A DNA stretch of 47,664 bases from Parcubacteria group bacterium GW2011_GWA2_36_10 (lineage in GTDB: Bacteria; Patescibacteriota; Patescibacteriia; UBA1558; GWA2-36-10): positions 1-47,664 of the forward strand of contig LBRC01000001.1 in assembly GCA_000991205.1 (NCBI GenBank), written 5' to 3'. A program made the position numbers and the translations under genes. The notes below the pieces were generated by a model. The model made no database searches. It worked only from the letters and a program-made list of their open reading frames with translations, and was not told where the DNA came from. Each line of letters starts with the position of its first letter. Position 1 is the first letter of the stretch. This document shows positions 20,867-30,954 of the stretch, piece after piece.

Positions 20867-21484
20867 TTAATGAAACAAAAAATTAATTTCATTCAAAACT
20901 TGTTCTACACTTTTATCATTTGTAATGATAAAAAATTGCACTTTAGTATTAGCTAAATTTTCTAAAAAAACTAAATTATTTGCTTGACTAGCTTTTAACC
21001 AAATGTCTTTTATCTTTTCATCTTGAAATTGACGAAGACCATGTCCCCTATTTAATAATCTTTTTTGCCTTTCTTGATCATCTACTTGAAAAATAAATAA
21101 TTTGTCAGGTAAAACAATATTTGCTAAATATTTTTGAATAATTTCCCAATCTACTTGCTGTTCAAACAAAGAAATAATATTCTGAAAATAACCCTGATCT
21201 ATTAAGGCGTATTGATATTTCAAAACTTTTTGATATTTTGCATTGCAATGCAAAAATAAATTCATTAATTTATAATAAAATATCTGCCAATTATTTGAAT
21301 TACGAAAAATATAAAATAATAATTTAAAAAATTTAAAAGGACTTTTTAAAAAAAATAAAAAATTATACCACAAAAGTTCTATTTTGCTATTAATTTTTAT
21401 TCTCTTAAATTTTCCCTGACTTTCTATGGCTCTAGCTATAGTACTTTTGCCAGTACCTGGTAAGCCGTACAATTCTACAATCAT
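20867..21484 (-). CDS. P-loop kinase (NMP-kinase-like fold), substrate unknown
   Basis: N-terminal Walker A ELYGLPGTGKST, ALIDQG, lid-like RQKRLLNRG. Confidence 0.72.
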   Translation of the reverse strand: MIVELYGLPGTGKSTIARAIESQGKFKRIKINSKIELLWYNFLFFLKSPFKFFKLLFYIFRNSNNWQIFYYKLMNLFLHCNAKYQKVLKYQYALIDQGYFQNIISLFEQQVDWEIIQKYLANIVLPDKLFIFQVDDQERQKRLLNRGHGLRQFQDEKIKDIWLKASQANNLVFLENLANTKVQFFIITNDKSVEQVLNEINFLFH

Positions 21485-22212
21485 TGTTTTTTAAATTTTA
21501 CTATATATGCTTCTGTGAATAATTGACTGATAATATTTAATTGAAAATTACTAAATAAATTAAAAATTAAATTGTTTATAAACACCGATTTAAAAATAGG
21601 GAAAGTCATCACAGCTGGATAAAACTCAATATTCACAAAACCAATTTTGACTAAAAGTTTTCTTAAATCTTTTGGCCTAATTTGCTGACGATGCATGATG
21701 GGAATTTTTTTACCTAAAATATGATAACGCCAATATTGAGGATTTTTAGTTATAATAAAACCATATTTATCGTGATTTAATAAACTAAAAATTTTAGTAA
21801 GCACTGGAGTTTTTTTAGGAAAATACTCTAAGACTCTAGAAGAAAAAAATAAATCATATGTTTTATCAGTTTGCCAAGCTAAAAAATCACTTTCAAAATA
21901 AGAAAATTTTTCTTCACCAAAAACTTTTTTAGACAAATCTAACATTTCTTTAGAAATATCAACTAAATCAAAATTTGCCCCACAAAACTTAGCTTGCAAC
22001 ATCTTGGTCCAAGTGCCCGCACCAGGACCAAGTTCTAAAATATTATTAATTGCTGGCTCAATTTGTAAAACATGTTTTTTGATAATTAACAACATCATTT
22101 GAAAACCAGCTTGCAATAAAGGTGTGGCAAACCAACGATTATACTCATAATCATTTTTATATTTATCAATTACAATTTTATTATAAATTTTTTTAATACC
22201 TTGTTGATCCAT
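21481..22212 (-). CDS. Class I SAM-dependent methyltransferase
   Basis: ILELGPGAG, VDISKEML, YDLFFSSRVLEY. Confidence 0.88.
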   Translation of the reverse strand: MDQQGIKKIYNKIVIDKYKNDYEYNRWFATPLLQAGFQMMLLIIKKHVLQIEPAINNILELGPGAGTWTKMLQAKFCGANFDLVDISKEMLDLSKKVFGEEKFSYFESDFLAWQTDKTYDLFFSSRVLEYFPKKTPVLTKIFSLLNHDKYGFIITKNPQYWRYHILGKKIPIMHRQQIRPKDLRKLLVKIGFVNIEFYPAVMTFPIFKSVFINNLIFNLFSNFQLNIISQLFTEAYIVKFKKQ

Positions 22213-22217
22213 AAATA

Positions 22218-23315
22218 TTAATTAAATAATCCGATAAAAATTTCTTTGACTTTCAAAATATCAAATTTTTTCACATGCTGATAATTCAATTCTGCTAAAT
22301 TAGCTCTTAAGCTCTCTTGTTCTAATAAAACTCTAAGTTTTTCAATCATCATTGGTGCATTCTTTAAGGGGACAATATATTTCTGCTGCGCTAAAGAGCT
22401 AATTTCTTTAACTCCTCCAATATCAAAAGCAACGTAAGGCAAACAGGAAGCCATTGCTTCTAATAAAACCCGCGGGGATCCCTCTTCCTCTGAGGGCATA
22501 AAAAATAATTTGGCTATTTTCATAATGGCCGGAACATCTTTATTTGGCACCTTACCTAATAATATTACGTTACTCAAATTTTGAATTTCTTTTACCAGAG
22601 TATCTTTATATGGCCCATCACCAACTATTAAAAATTTAACGTTTTTTCTATCCACAAAAGCACTGGCTATTTTTGCTATATAATGCGCCCCTTTTCGCTC
22701 CGCTAAACGGTGAACAAATAAAACATACTCTTTGTCTATCTCTAAATTATATTTTTGATAAATATTATCTAAATTAAAATTACCAAATCTTTGTAAGTCG
22801 ACCCAATTTGGCATAATTTTTATTTTACTGGTTGCTAAATTATATTGTGTGCTATACCCATCTGCCACAGATTTGGCACCAGTAACTAAATAAGAAACAA
22901 TATGCAAAATCAATTTTAACGATCTTTTTTTTCCAAATAGCCACATCATACCACAACTCCAATAAAATGCTCTAGCTAGACTAATTTTGGCTACCAAGCC
23001 AGCATTAAAAGCAGAAATATAAGAATAATGCACATAAAAATTTTTATAGCCTCTTAATCTAATTTTTAAAATTAAATAAAAATTTTCCAACCATCTTAAA
23101 AAACCATAATGAAATTTTTGTACATACACATTTGAGACTTCTTTAAAAAAATCAACATTAGACCTTTTATCTTCAATTAACAATACTAAATCTGCATCTT
23201 TTGCTACTTGATTAATAAAATCATACAAATAAAAATAATGAGTATCCGTTTCAAGGTCAAACTTGGGCAAAACATAACAAATTTTTGGTTTAATTATTTG
23301 CATAATAATTTCCAA
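22218..23315 (-). CDS. GT4 family glycosyltransferase
   Basis: MPNWVD, HRLAERKG, PSEEEGSPRVLLEAMA. Confidence 0.92.
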   Translation of the reverse strand: MEIIMQIIKPKICYVLPKFDLETDTHYFYLYDFINQVAKDADLVLLIEDKRSNVDFFKEVSNVYVQKFHYGFLRWLENFYLILKIRLRGYKNFYVHYSYISAFNAGLVAKISLARAFYWSCGMMWLFGKKRSLKLILHIVSYLVTGAKSVADGYSTQYNLATSKIKIMPNWVDLQRFGNFNLDNIYQKYNLEIDKEYVLFVHRLAERKGAHYIAKIASAFVDRKNVKFLIVGDGPYKDTLVKEIQNLSNVILLGKVPNKDVPAIMKIAKLFFMPSEEEGSPRVLLEAMASCLPYVAFDIGGVKEISSLAQQKYIVPLKNAPMMIEKLRVLLEQESLRANLAELNYQHVKKFDILKVKEIFIGLFN

Positions 23316-24307
23316 TTATCTATTACTTTATTTATTAACTCTTCTTTAGCCAAAATCTTATCCTTAAATTTATTAGCATTATTTCTAAATTTAGCTACCA
23401 AATCATCATCACTAATCACTGTTGACATTTTTTCTGTTAAAAGCTCTAAATTATTTACCGGGATAACAAAACCGTTAATATTATCCTCTACTAAGTCACC
23501 AGCTACGCCCACGTCGGTCATAATAACTGGTAAATCCGCCAAAATAGCTTCCGCTATCACCATAGCATAACCCTCGCTATTAGAAGTAAGCAAGAAACAA
23601 TCTGCTTGCTGATAAAATTCTAAAAGCTTATCCGACCAGTCAATAAAACTCACTCTTTTTTCTAAATTTAATTTTTTAACTAAACTCTTTAAATTGTCTA
23701 ACTCCACGCCTGAACCAACAATTATTAATCTGCAGTCTTCTTTTATAGCTGCTAAAGCTTTTATCTGTAAAGCAATATTTTTTACTGCCACTAGACGACC
23801 AGCTGTCAAAAAAGTAAATATTTCCGATTTATTATTTGCTAAATTTAAATTTTGAAATTTATTTTTATCTACAGCCACTGGAGCAATATATATTGTATTT
23901 TCTGCAACCTTAAAATTATTTACTAATTCTTTTTTGAGTCTAAGGCTGACCACTCTGACTAAATCCGCTTTTTTGATATTATATTTAAATAAGCTTTTTC
24001 TTAAAAAATTAAACTTTTCAAAACCATGAACTTGAATTTCTACTTTAAAGTTATCTTTTTTTTGCAAAAACCAAGTTATAAGTGGCAAAAAATAAATATC
24101 TTGAATTGTTATTAAATCAAATTGCTCTGCTTTTAAAGTTTGTTTTAAAAAAAAATATAATTTAAAAAAAGATAAGATTTTATTGCCAGCATTTGGTGTC
24201 AAAACTAAATATTTATCTAATTTTTGTTCATACAAAAAAGCACGCTGTGCTACAGCAGAATTTTTATCTAAAATATTTTTATCTAGACTTAAATTAATGA
24301 CTTTCAT
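23294..24307 (-). CDS. GT4 family glycosyltransferase
   Basis: AGRLVAVKN, TSNSEGYAMVIAEA, TDVG. Start reassigned to ATG 24307 (MKVINLSLD). Confidence 0.9.
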   Translation of the reverse strand: MKVINLSLDKNILDKNSAVAQRAFLYEQKLDKYLVLTPNAGNKILSFFKLYFFLKQTLKAEQFDLITIQDIYFLPLITWFLQKKDNFKVEIQVHGFEKFNFLRKSLFKYNIKKADLVRVVSLRLKKELVNNFKVAENTIYIAPVAVDKNKFQNLNLANNKSEIFTFLTAGRLVAVKNIALQIKALAAIKEDCRLIIVGSGVELDNLKSLVKKLNLEKRVSFIDWSDKLLEFYQQADCFLLTSNSEGYAMVIAEAILADLPVIMTDVGVAGDLVEDNINGFVIPVNNLELLTEKMSTVISDDDLVAKFRNNANKFKDKILAKEELINKVIDNWKLLCK

Positions 24308-25322
24308 TTTGTAAAATTTGCAAAGTATCTTGCGTGGCCTGACTATAATCATAGTCATAACTAATCTTGGCTAGCTTTTGTTTATACTCATAATAAAAAT
24401 CTTGTTTGCTTAAATTATTTAAAATATTTACTAACTCGCCAATATTTTTAGGATCAAACATTAAGGCTTTATTTTTGAGCCAATCAAAACCAATTTCTTT
24501 AGTGCAAATAAACGGCAAGCCTAAACGTAGACTTTCTAAAACACCGTTTGGGCTGATATCAGTCAAGCTGGGATAAACAGCGAGATAAGCAGCACTTAAT
24601 TTTTGGTAAAGTGCATTTCGAGACATCAGATCAGAAAAAATAACATTTTTTAGTTTTAATTTATTTGCTTCAGCTTGAAGTTTTGATTTTTCTGGACCAT
24701 CACCAATGATGTGTAAAGTAAAAGAATTATCTTGCATTTTAGCAAAAGCCTGTACTAAAAATATTAAATTATTTTTTTTATTTATTCGGCCATGAAAAAT
24801 AATTTCTTTGTTAGTGTTTTTATGGATGCTAGCTGAAATATCTTTATTTACAGGATTATTAATAATTTTTAACTTGTCTTGAGGCAAATCATAATACTTA
24901 GCAAAAATATCTTGCTGAAATAACAGAGTAACTAATTTATTAGTTCTTTCTAAATATCTTTCCCAAATAAAATCTCCGCCCACTCTGATAAAAAATGGTA
25001 TTTTGTTATTTTTGATAGCCAAAAATACTGGATAACCAGCACTAAAATGATCAAAAGCATAAATACAATCAAAATTTTCAGTATTTAACAGTTGTTTTGT
25101 TTTTTGATAATAATGATAATAATTTAATATTTTATTACTTCTTACTACACGCACAACGGGAAAACCTAAGGTTTTATCTAAATCATAAACAGCTTGGTCA
25201 GAATAAGTCAGAACCGTCACTTGATGCTGAAGTTTTAATAAAGCTTGAGCAAAATTTAAAATATAGGTAGGTGGACCACCTGCTTCTGGCAAAAATATTC
25301 CTGTTGTAATTAATATTTTCAC
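24294..25322 (-). CDS. GT4 family glycosyltransferase
   Basis: ITTGIFLPEAGGPPTY, GRINKKNN, PSLTDISPNGVLES; GTG start. Confidence 0.88.
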   Translation of the reverse strand: MKILITTGIFLPEAGGPPTYILNFAQALLKLQHQVTVLTYSDQAVYDLDKTLGFPVVRVVRSNKILNYYHYYQKTKQLLNTENFDCIYAFDHFSAGYPVFLAIKNNKIPFFIRVGGDFIWERYLERTNKLVTLLFQQDIFAKYYDLPQDKLKIINNPVNKDISASIHKNTNKEIIFHGRINKKNNLIFLVQAFAKMQDNSFTLHIIGDGPEKSKLQAEANKLKLKNVIFSDLMSRNALYQKLSAAYLAVYPSLTDISPNGVLESLRLGLPFICTKEIGFDWLKNKALMFDPKNIGELVNILNNLSKQDFYYEYKQKLAKISYDYDYSQATQDTLQILQNESH

Positions 25323-25328
25323 TTTAAA

Positions 25329-26474
25329 TTAATTTAACATCTTATTAAAGATTACCCGCATCTGCGTAGCGATTTTATCCCAGCTATATTTTTCTTGCAC
25401 CAGATTTTTTCCGTTAATTTTTATTTTCTGGAAAAGCTCATGATCTTGGCTGTATCTTTCTACAGCTTTGGCGATAGAGCTGGGATTCTTGACTTCACAA
25501 AATAAACCAGTTTCATTATTTACTAAAAAATCTGGAATACCACCGACTTCTGTGCCAATCACCGGTACGCCGACAGCCATACTTTCTAAAAAAGCATTGC
25601 CTAAACCCTCTGACAAAGATGGTCGGATAAAAACATCAGCTATTTGCAAATACCTTGGTAATTCTGTGTAATCTTTATGTCCTAAAAAAATAACATTATC
25701 TGCCACTCCTTGATTTAAGCTCAAATTTTTTAAAGCCTGCTCGTCTGGTCCGGAGCCTATCAATATCAATTTTACTTTGAGCCCAGATTTATATAGCAAA
25801 AAATTCAGAGCTTTAATCACATCATCAATCGCATTTTTCAAGACTAAACGTGAGACAGAAATCAAAACAAAATCATCATCAGCAATGTTGAATGATTTTT
25901 TTAAAGCTAATTTTTCTTTAGCGCTTACATTAGCTTGAAATAAGCTTAAATCTACTCCATTTGGTACTAAAATAATTTCACCGCGATTACCGGCCTTACG
26001 TGATCTTTTGGCTAAATATTGGCTAATAGCTTGGGTAATTTTAGCATTACGATAAACTCTTTGGTAATAAAATTTCCACCACCAGGTTCTTTTTTGGATA
26101 AATTCATCGCTATCTCCGGATTGTAAAGTCAATAAATAAGGAATTTTACTAAAATATTTAAAAAATAAGGCCGTCACTCCAGCATAAAAAGCCATGATAC
26201 TCCAAACAAAATCAAAATGCACTACTTTATGTAAACGCCACGCATAACGAAAAGCACGAAAAGGATATAAATATTTATCCCATTTTTTGCCTGCTCCCAC
26301 TCGCCTGACATTAATATGCCCTATTTTTTCTTCGTCTGGCCAAGCTGAATCAAATTTATTAGTAATCAAATAATACTCAAAATCAAGATTACGATCAGTA
26401 ATCTCTTTGACTGCTATCTCCGCACCACCGACAAAGGGGTGGTAAGCAATGGAAAAAATAAGAATTTTTGGCAT
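25329..26474 (-). CDS. GT4 family glycosyltransferase
   Basis: PFVGGAE, VPNGVD, SRLVLKN, RPSLSEGLGNAFLESMA. Confidence 0.94.
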   Translation of the reverse strand: MPKILIFSIAYHPFVGGAEIAVKEITDRNLDFEYYLITNKFDSAWPDEEKIGHINVRRVGAGKKWDKYLYPFRAFRYAWRLHKVVHFDFVWSIMAFYAGVTALFFKYFSKIPYLLTLQSGDSDEFIQKRTWWWKFYYQRVYRNAKITQAISQYLAKRSRKAGNRGEIILVPNGVDLSLFQANVSAKEKLALKKSFNIADDDFVLISVSRLVLKNAIDDVIKALNFLLYKSGLKVKLILIGSGPDEQALKNLSLNQGVADNVIFLGHKDYTELPRYLQIADVFIRPSLSEGLGNAFLESMAVGVPVIGTEVGGIPDFLVNNETGLFCEVKNPSSIAKAVERYSQDHELFQKIKINGKNLVQEKYSWDKIATQMRVIFNKMLN

Positions 26475-26485
26475 GAAAAATAAAA

Positions 26486-26758
26486 CTATAAATTTTTATA
26501 CATATCGTGTTTACCAATGGATACAAAAAAAATATCGCCGTTCTCTTGTCGTTCAAAAACTACTCTATAATTTTCTGTAATAGTTATGGACCAGAGCTCT
26601 TTTAAATGACCGTGCAATTCATGTAATCTTAAAGAAGGGTGTAGTGGATTAGCTTTAAATAATTCAATCTTTTTATTAGCTAATTGAATAATCTCTGTTG
26701 GCAATTTTTGTGATCTTTTTAAAAAATTTTTAGAAAACAAAACTCTATTTATCACCAT
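26486..26758 (-). CDS. RelE/YafQ-family type II toxin (mRNA interferase)
   Basis: ~90 aa basic protein: FSKNFLKR...NPLHPSLRLHELHG...WSITITENYRVVF...SIGKHDMY. Start at ATG 26758 overlaps the antitoxin end. Confidence 0.88.
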   Translation of the reverse strand: MVINRVLFSKNFLKRSQKLPTEIIQLANKKIELFKANPLHPSLRLHELHGHLKELWSITITENYRVVFERQENGDIFFVSIGKHDMYKNL

Positions 26759-26990
26759 ACTTTTGCAATAAATCAATCAGAGAATCTGCCTCAAAATACT
26801 CACCTCTCTTATATTCTTCTTGTGCCTGTTTAACATCGGCTAATAATTCTTCAACAGAAATCAAATCATCATCAAGCTCTGTCAAATATTGCACATAACC
26901 ACTAACACTAGCAAAACCTTTTAATTTTGCTTTGTTTTTAATAGTTTGCACTATTTCTGGTTGTAAAGATAAGCTTAAAACTTCACGCAT
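26745..26990 (-). CDS. Cognate antitoxin (ribbon-helix-helix-like N-terminus, acidic C-terminus)
   Basis: 81 aa immediately upstream of the toxin; VLSLSL strand then helices (SVSGYVQYL); acidic tail. Confidence 0.78.
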   Translation of the reverse strand: MREVLSLSLQPEIVQTIKNKAKLKGFASVSGYVQYLTELDDDLISVEELLADVKQAQEEYKRGEYFEADSLIDLLQKYGDK

Positions 26991-27020
26991 AATATTTACT
27001 TAATTATTATATATAGTTTC

Positions 27021-27050
27021 AGTGTAATACAAATGTATTACACTTGTCAA
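27021..27050 (-). promoter_or_regulatory. TA/glycan-operon promoter with overlapping palindromic operator
   Basis: Minus strand TTGACA (27050-27045), 18-nt spacer, TACACT (27026-27021). A perfect 11-bp inverted repeat AGTGTAATACA-aa-TGTATTACACT (27021-27044) covers the spacer and -10. Confidence 0.8.
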
Positions 27051-27107
27051 GCACCTCTAAATACTATAAAATTATAATGAAATTAGTGCAAAATAGCAAC
27101 AAAATAT

Positions 27108-28280
27108 ATGAAAAAACTAGAAAATAAGAAAATATTATACTTAGTCACTCAAACTAAGTGGGGTGGAGCACAAAAATATGTGCTAGAATTAGCTGAATAT
27201 TTTAGCCAAAATAACGAGGTTCACATTGCTTTTGGTGAAATTAATGAGCAAAATCAAGAGTTTTTGGCTCAATGCCAAAAAATAGGTGTCAAAACTATCC
27301 CGATCAAAAACTTAGTCCGCAATATCCAGCCCAGCAAAGAAATAAACGCCTTTCTAGAGCTCAAAAAGCTACTAGATAGTGGCAAATACCATTTAGCTCA
27401 TCTAAACAGCTCTAAGGCTGGTTTAATAGGCTCTATTGCTGCTAGTATACACAATCTGAACCCACTAAATACGCGCTTGAGGCTGATTTATACCGCTCAC
27501 GGTTTTGTCTTTAATGAGCCATTAAATAAAATAGAAAAAACCATCTATAAGATGTCCGAGAAATTTTCTACCGCTGTGGAAAATGCAATCATCACTGTCT
27601 CTGACTATGATAAACAAAGTGCTATAGAACACAAGATCTGTCCTGCTCACAAAATGTTTACTATTCATAATGGCTTAGATTTTAATAAATATAATTTTTT
27701 ATCAGCCGAAGACGCTAAAAAAGAATTAAATTTAGACGAAAATAAAACTTACTTCGGCACAATCGCTAGTTTTTACAAAACTAAAGGCCATACTTATTTG
27801 CTAGAAGCGATAAAAATATTTCTAGAAACTCAAAACAGAGAGGCTTATCACTGGATTTTAATCGGTGATGGTCCAGAACAAAAAAACATTGAAGAGTTAA
27901 TCAAGAAATATAATTTAGAAAAATATATTACAATTATTTCTCCTAAAAATAACGACTGGAAATATTTAAAAGCTTTTGATTATTTTATCCTGCCCTCGGT
28001 CAAAGAAGGCTTGCCATATACTCTCTTAGAAGCAGGCCTTGCCAAAATACCAGTGATTGCGACTCAAGTTGGCGGTGTGCCAGAAATTATCACCGATCAT
28101 CAAACCGGCCTCTTAGTGACACCGGCTAATCCTCTATCTTTAGCAAATGCTATGAAAGAAATAACTGAAACAGAGCTAGTAAATAATTTTATCGAAAATA
28201 ATTATCAAAATATTATAGACAATTTTGATCTAAATCAAACTATCCAAAAAACTGAAGAGTTATATTTAAAATTATTCTAA
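27108..28280 (+). CDS. GT4 family glycosyltransferase
   Basis: WGGAQKY, HLNSSKAG, YTAHG, IHNG, PSVKEGLPYTLLEAG. Confidence 0.94.
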   Translation: MKKLENKKILYLVTQTKWGGAQKYVLELAEYFSQNNEVHIAFGEINEQNQEFLAQCQKIGVKTIPIKNLVRNIQPSKEINAFLELKKLLDSGKYHLAHLNSSKAGLIGSIAASIHNLNPLNTRLRLIYTAHGFVFNEPLNKIEKTIYKMSEKFSTAVENAIITVSDYDKQSAIEHKICPAHKMFTIHNGLDFNKYNFLSAEDAKKELNLDENKTYFGTIASFYKTKGHTYLLEAIKIFLETQNREAYHWILIGDGPEQKNIEELIKKYNLEKYITIISPKNNDWKYLKAFDYFILPSVKEGLPYTLLEAGLAKIPVIATQVGGVPEIITDHQTGLLVTPANPLSLANAMKEITETELVNNFIENNYQNIIDNFDLNQTIQKTEELYLKLF

Positions 28281-30272
28281 ATTAAGCACCTTACTATTAT
28301 AAGACTCTAATATAAAATCGATTATTTTAGTATCACCTTCACTAGGCACAAAACCCCTGTCTATGGCCTGTTGATAATAATCACGTGCTGTGTTTATATC
28401 TCCTAAAAATAAGTGAATGCGAGCTAAGTACCAATAACCATAGTAAAGTTGGGTGTCATCTTTAACGATTTTTTCCATCAACACTCTTGCCTCGTCAATC
28501 TTTTCTGATTGTACTAGATAATTAAAATACAAAAAATTAAGTTCTTGTTTTTCATCACTAATATTACTAGCTCTTGCAAAAATATTCTCTATCTCTGCAC
28601 CCTTATCTTCTCCTAAGGTATTTAAGATAATGTTCACTCTCATTAAAAAAAGATAATCAAACATATTACTTTGATTATATTTTTCTAAATTTTTTAAAAT
28701 CTCTGTGTTCAGACTAAATAACAACTCTACATATCTCTCTTTTTGTTCCGTGGTTATGCTAGCTGCTACCAAATATTCAGCATAGTCTCTAACGATCTCT
28801 CGATGCATTGGGCCTAAAGAGCCTAAGCTATTCTCAATTAATAACAAAGCCTCTGTGATATGTTTTTCATGAATCAGAAATCTCACATTCTCATCTAAAC
28901 GATTGGCAGTATAAACTTTGATATTGCCATAAAATAATGCCCAAGAAAAGAAGATAGCGAATAACAAAATAAAAACATTCACAACCAAAAATTTTTTAGA
29001 CGAAATCACACCATCCTCTTCTGTATCTTTAGTCATGTAAGCTATAAAAGCTAGGGATAAAAATAGCCAAAGATAAAAAGTTGGATGTAAAAAAGAAAAA
29101 AGTAATTGAGTCATTATAGAAAAAAGTAAAGATAAAAACAAGGAAAAAAATATTTTTCTTCTTGATTTCTTAATTTTTTTAATGACCTTATAAATAGCTG
29201 AAGCAAAAATTGCTAAAAAAGACCCAAAACCCAAGACACCTAGGCCAACTAAAATATCTAAATAATAATTGTGTGCGTAATCAAAAAAGGTATCACCCCA
29301 TCCACGGCGCAAAAATTCAGCTTTATAGTTACTATTAAAAGCTGTGCTAAAATTATTAAACCCCCAACCCAAAGGTTTTTCCTTAAAAGCCCCTATTGCC
29401 ACTTGGGATACTAACACACGATTACTAACACTGCCTCCTAGATTTTTTATATCCGATAAATTATTTACTATGGGGATATTTTTTATTATCTTATTATTAG
29501 GAAAAAATATACCGGCAAAAATAAAAGCTAGGCTTATAACCATTAGTGCTACTAAAGACAATTTTATTTGCTTATTTTTAGCTACAAAAATATACACAAG
29601 AACAAAAATATACACACCAACCAAAAAAGAGAGAAAAGGTCCCCTGCTACCAGAAGCGAATATACCTAAAAGTGCTAAAAGTGCTAAAAAGTAAGCACCA
29701 TAACGCTCCCACTTTACATTCGTCAAAAAACTAAATAAAAAACAAAACCAAAATAAAAATAAAGAATACTCACCAAAATATATAGAATTACCCAATGTAC
29801 TTGGCACCCTAGAAATGTCTAAAATTTTCCACTCATAAAAACCCTTACAAAGAATAAAAAAAGAAACAACGAAAAGAAAGCGTAAAAAAATACGCCAATC
29901 TTTTTCCTCAAAGATAGTCATCAGTAAAACAGCGAAAATAAAGTAGTGGATTAAACTAAAAATTCCATCCATCCTCTCGTGCCCATTAAAAAAACTAAAA
30001 TTCCAATCTACTCCAAAATAAGAAATAATAATAGTTAAAAATAAAAATAAAAAACCACTCATAACTAGAAAATTATTTCGTGGTAAATATTCTCTATGTT
30101 TATAAACCAAAATCAAATACAAAATGACTGCCAAATCAATTAAAGATCTAAAATAAATAACTTTTGTGAAAACAAATGGAAAAATTACCCCCACATCCAC
30201 GATTAAGGGGCTAAGTAATGTAGCTAATAATAAAAATTTAATTGAATAAAGAATTTTATTTTTGCTAAACAT
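28272..30272 (-). CDS. O-antigen ligase/Wzy_C family protein with C-terminal TPR
   Basis: ERMDG, STLGN, SGSRG, KPLGWG, FDYAHN; C-terminal TPR (YGYWYLARIHLFLGD...ARDYYQQAID). Confidence 0.88.
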   Translation of the reverse strand: MFSKNKILYSIKFLLLATLLSPLIVDVGVIFPFVFTKVIYFRSLIDLAVILYLILVYKHREYLPRNNFLVMSGFLFLFLTIIISYFGVDWNFSFFNGHERMDGIFSLIHYFIFAVLLMTIFEEKDWRIFLRFLFVVSFFILCKGFYEWKILDISRVPSTLGNSIYFGEYSLFLFWFCFLFSFLTNVKWERYGAYFLALLALLGIFASGSRGPFLSFLVGVYIFVLVYIFVAKNKQIKLSLVALMVISLAFIFAGIFFPNNKIIKNIPIVNNLSDIKNLGGSVSNRVLVSQVAIGAFKEKPLGWGFNNFSTAFNSNYKAEFLRRGWGDTFFDYAHNYYLDILVGLGVLGFGSFLAIFASAIYKVIKKIKKSRRKIFFSLFLSLLFSIMTQLLFSFLHPTFYLWLFLSLAFIAYMTKDTEEDGVISSKKFLVVNVFILLFAIFFSWALFYGNIKVYTANRLDENVRFLIHEKHITEALLLIENSLGSLGPMHREIVRDYAEYLVAASITTEQKERYVELLFSLNTEILKNLEKYNQSNMFDYLFLMRVNIILNTLGEDKGAEIENIFARASNISDEKQELNFLYFNYLVQSEKIDEARVLMEKIVKDDTQLYYGYWYLARIHLFLGDINTARDYYQQAIDRGFVPSEGDTKIIDFILESYNSKVLNLE

Positions 30273-30281
30273 TGTCTATGG

Positions 30282-30950
30282 TTATTTAATTTCTGTTTTT
30301 AATTCGTCAATGACCGCTTGAAATTGTGGGTGATCTTTGACTAAAAGTAAATAAACCTCTAGCGCCTCATTTTTAAAGCCCATATTACGCAAATACCAAC
30401 CCTTCAACTGTAATAAAGGCGCTTTGTCAACTGCATAAGTTATGGCTTTATCTAATAAATCAATAACTTCTTTTTTATCTTTTTTTAATTTGTAAAAATA
30501 CAAATCTACTAACTGTTTATGTGTAATATATTCGACCGGACTAATCTTTAAAGCTGATAAATATTGCTCTTCTGCTAAATTATAATCCCCCAAAAGCTCA
30601 TAAATGTTACCGAGATTATTCAAAGGCACAATGTTTGTATTATTAGCATATTTAATCGCTTCTTTATAAGCACTAATTGCTAGATTATAATCACGATTAT
30701 CTATGGTGATATCACCAATTGACTTCCAAAAAAACCCAGAAGTCAAATAATACTCTATTGCGGTATTTTTGTCATAACCCTTATCAGTCAATGATTTTAT
30801 TTCACCCAATAAAGATGTGACTCTAGCATCACTTTCAAGCTCACGAATACGTTTTTTAGCCAGATCAACATTATTTATTGAATAAAAAATATAAAATAAC
30901 ACTGCTAATAAAATAACACTGCTAATAAAAAATATTTTTTTCATTTTCAT
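30282..30950 (-). CDS. Membrane-anchored TPR protein
   Basis: N-terminal TM/signal; TPR consensus LNNLGNIYELLGDYNLAEEQYLSALKISP. Confidence 0.85.
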   Translation of the reverse strand: MKMKKIFFISSVILLAVLFYIFYSINNVDLAKKRIRELESDARVTSLLGEIKSLTDKGYDKNTAIEYYLTSGFFWKSIGDITIDNRDYNLAISAYKEAIKYANNTNIVPLNNLGNIYELLGDYNLAEEQYLSALKISPVEYITHKQLVDLYFYKLKKDKKEVIDLLDKAITYAVDKAPLLQLKGWYLRNMGFKNEALEVYLLLVKDHPQFQAVIDELKTEIK

Positions 30951-30954
30951 ATAT

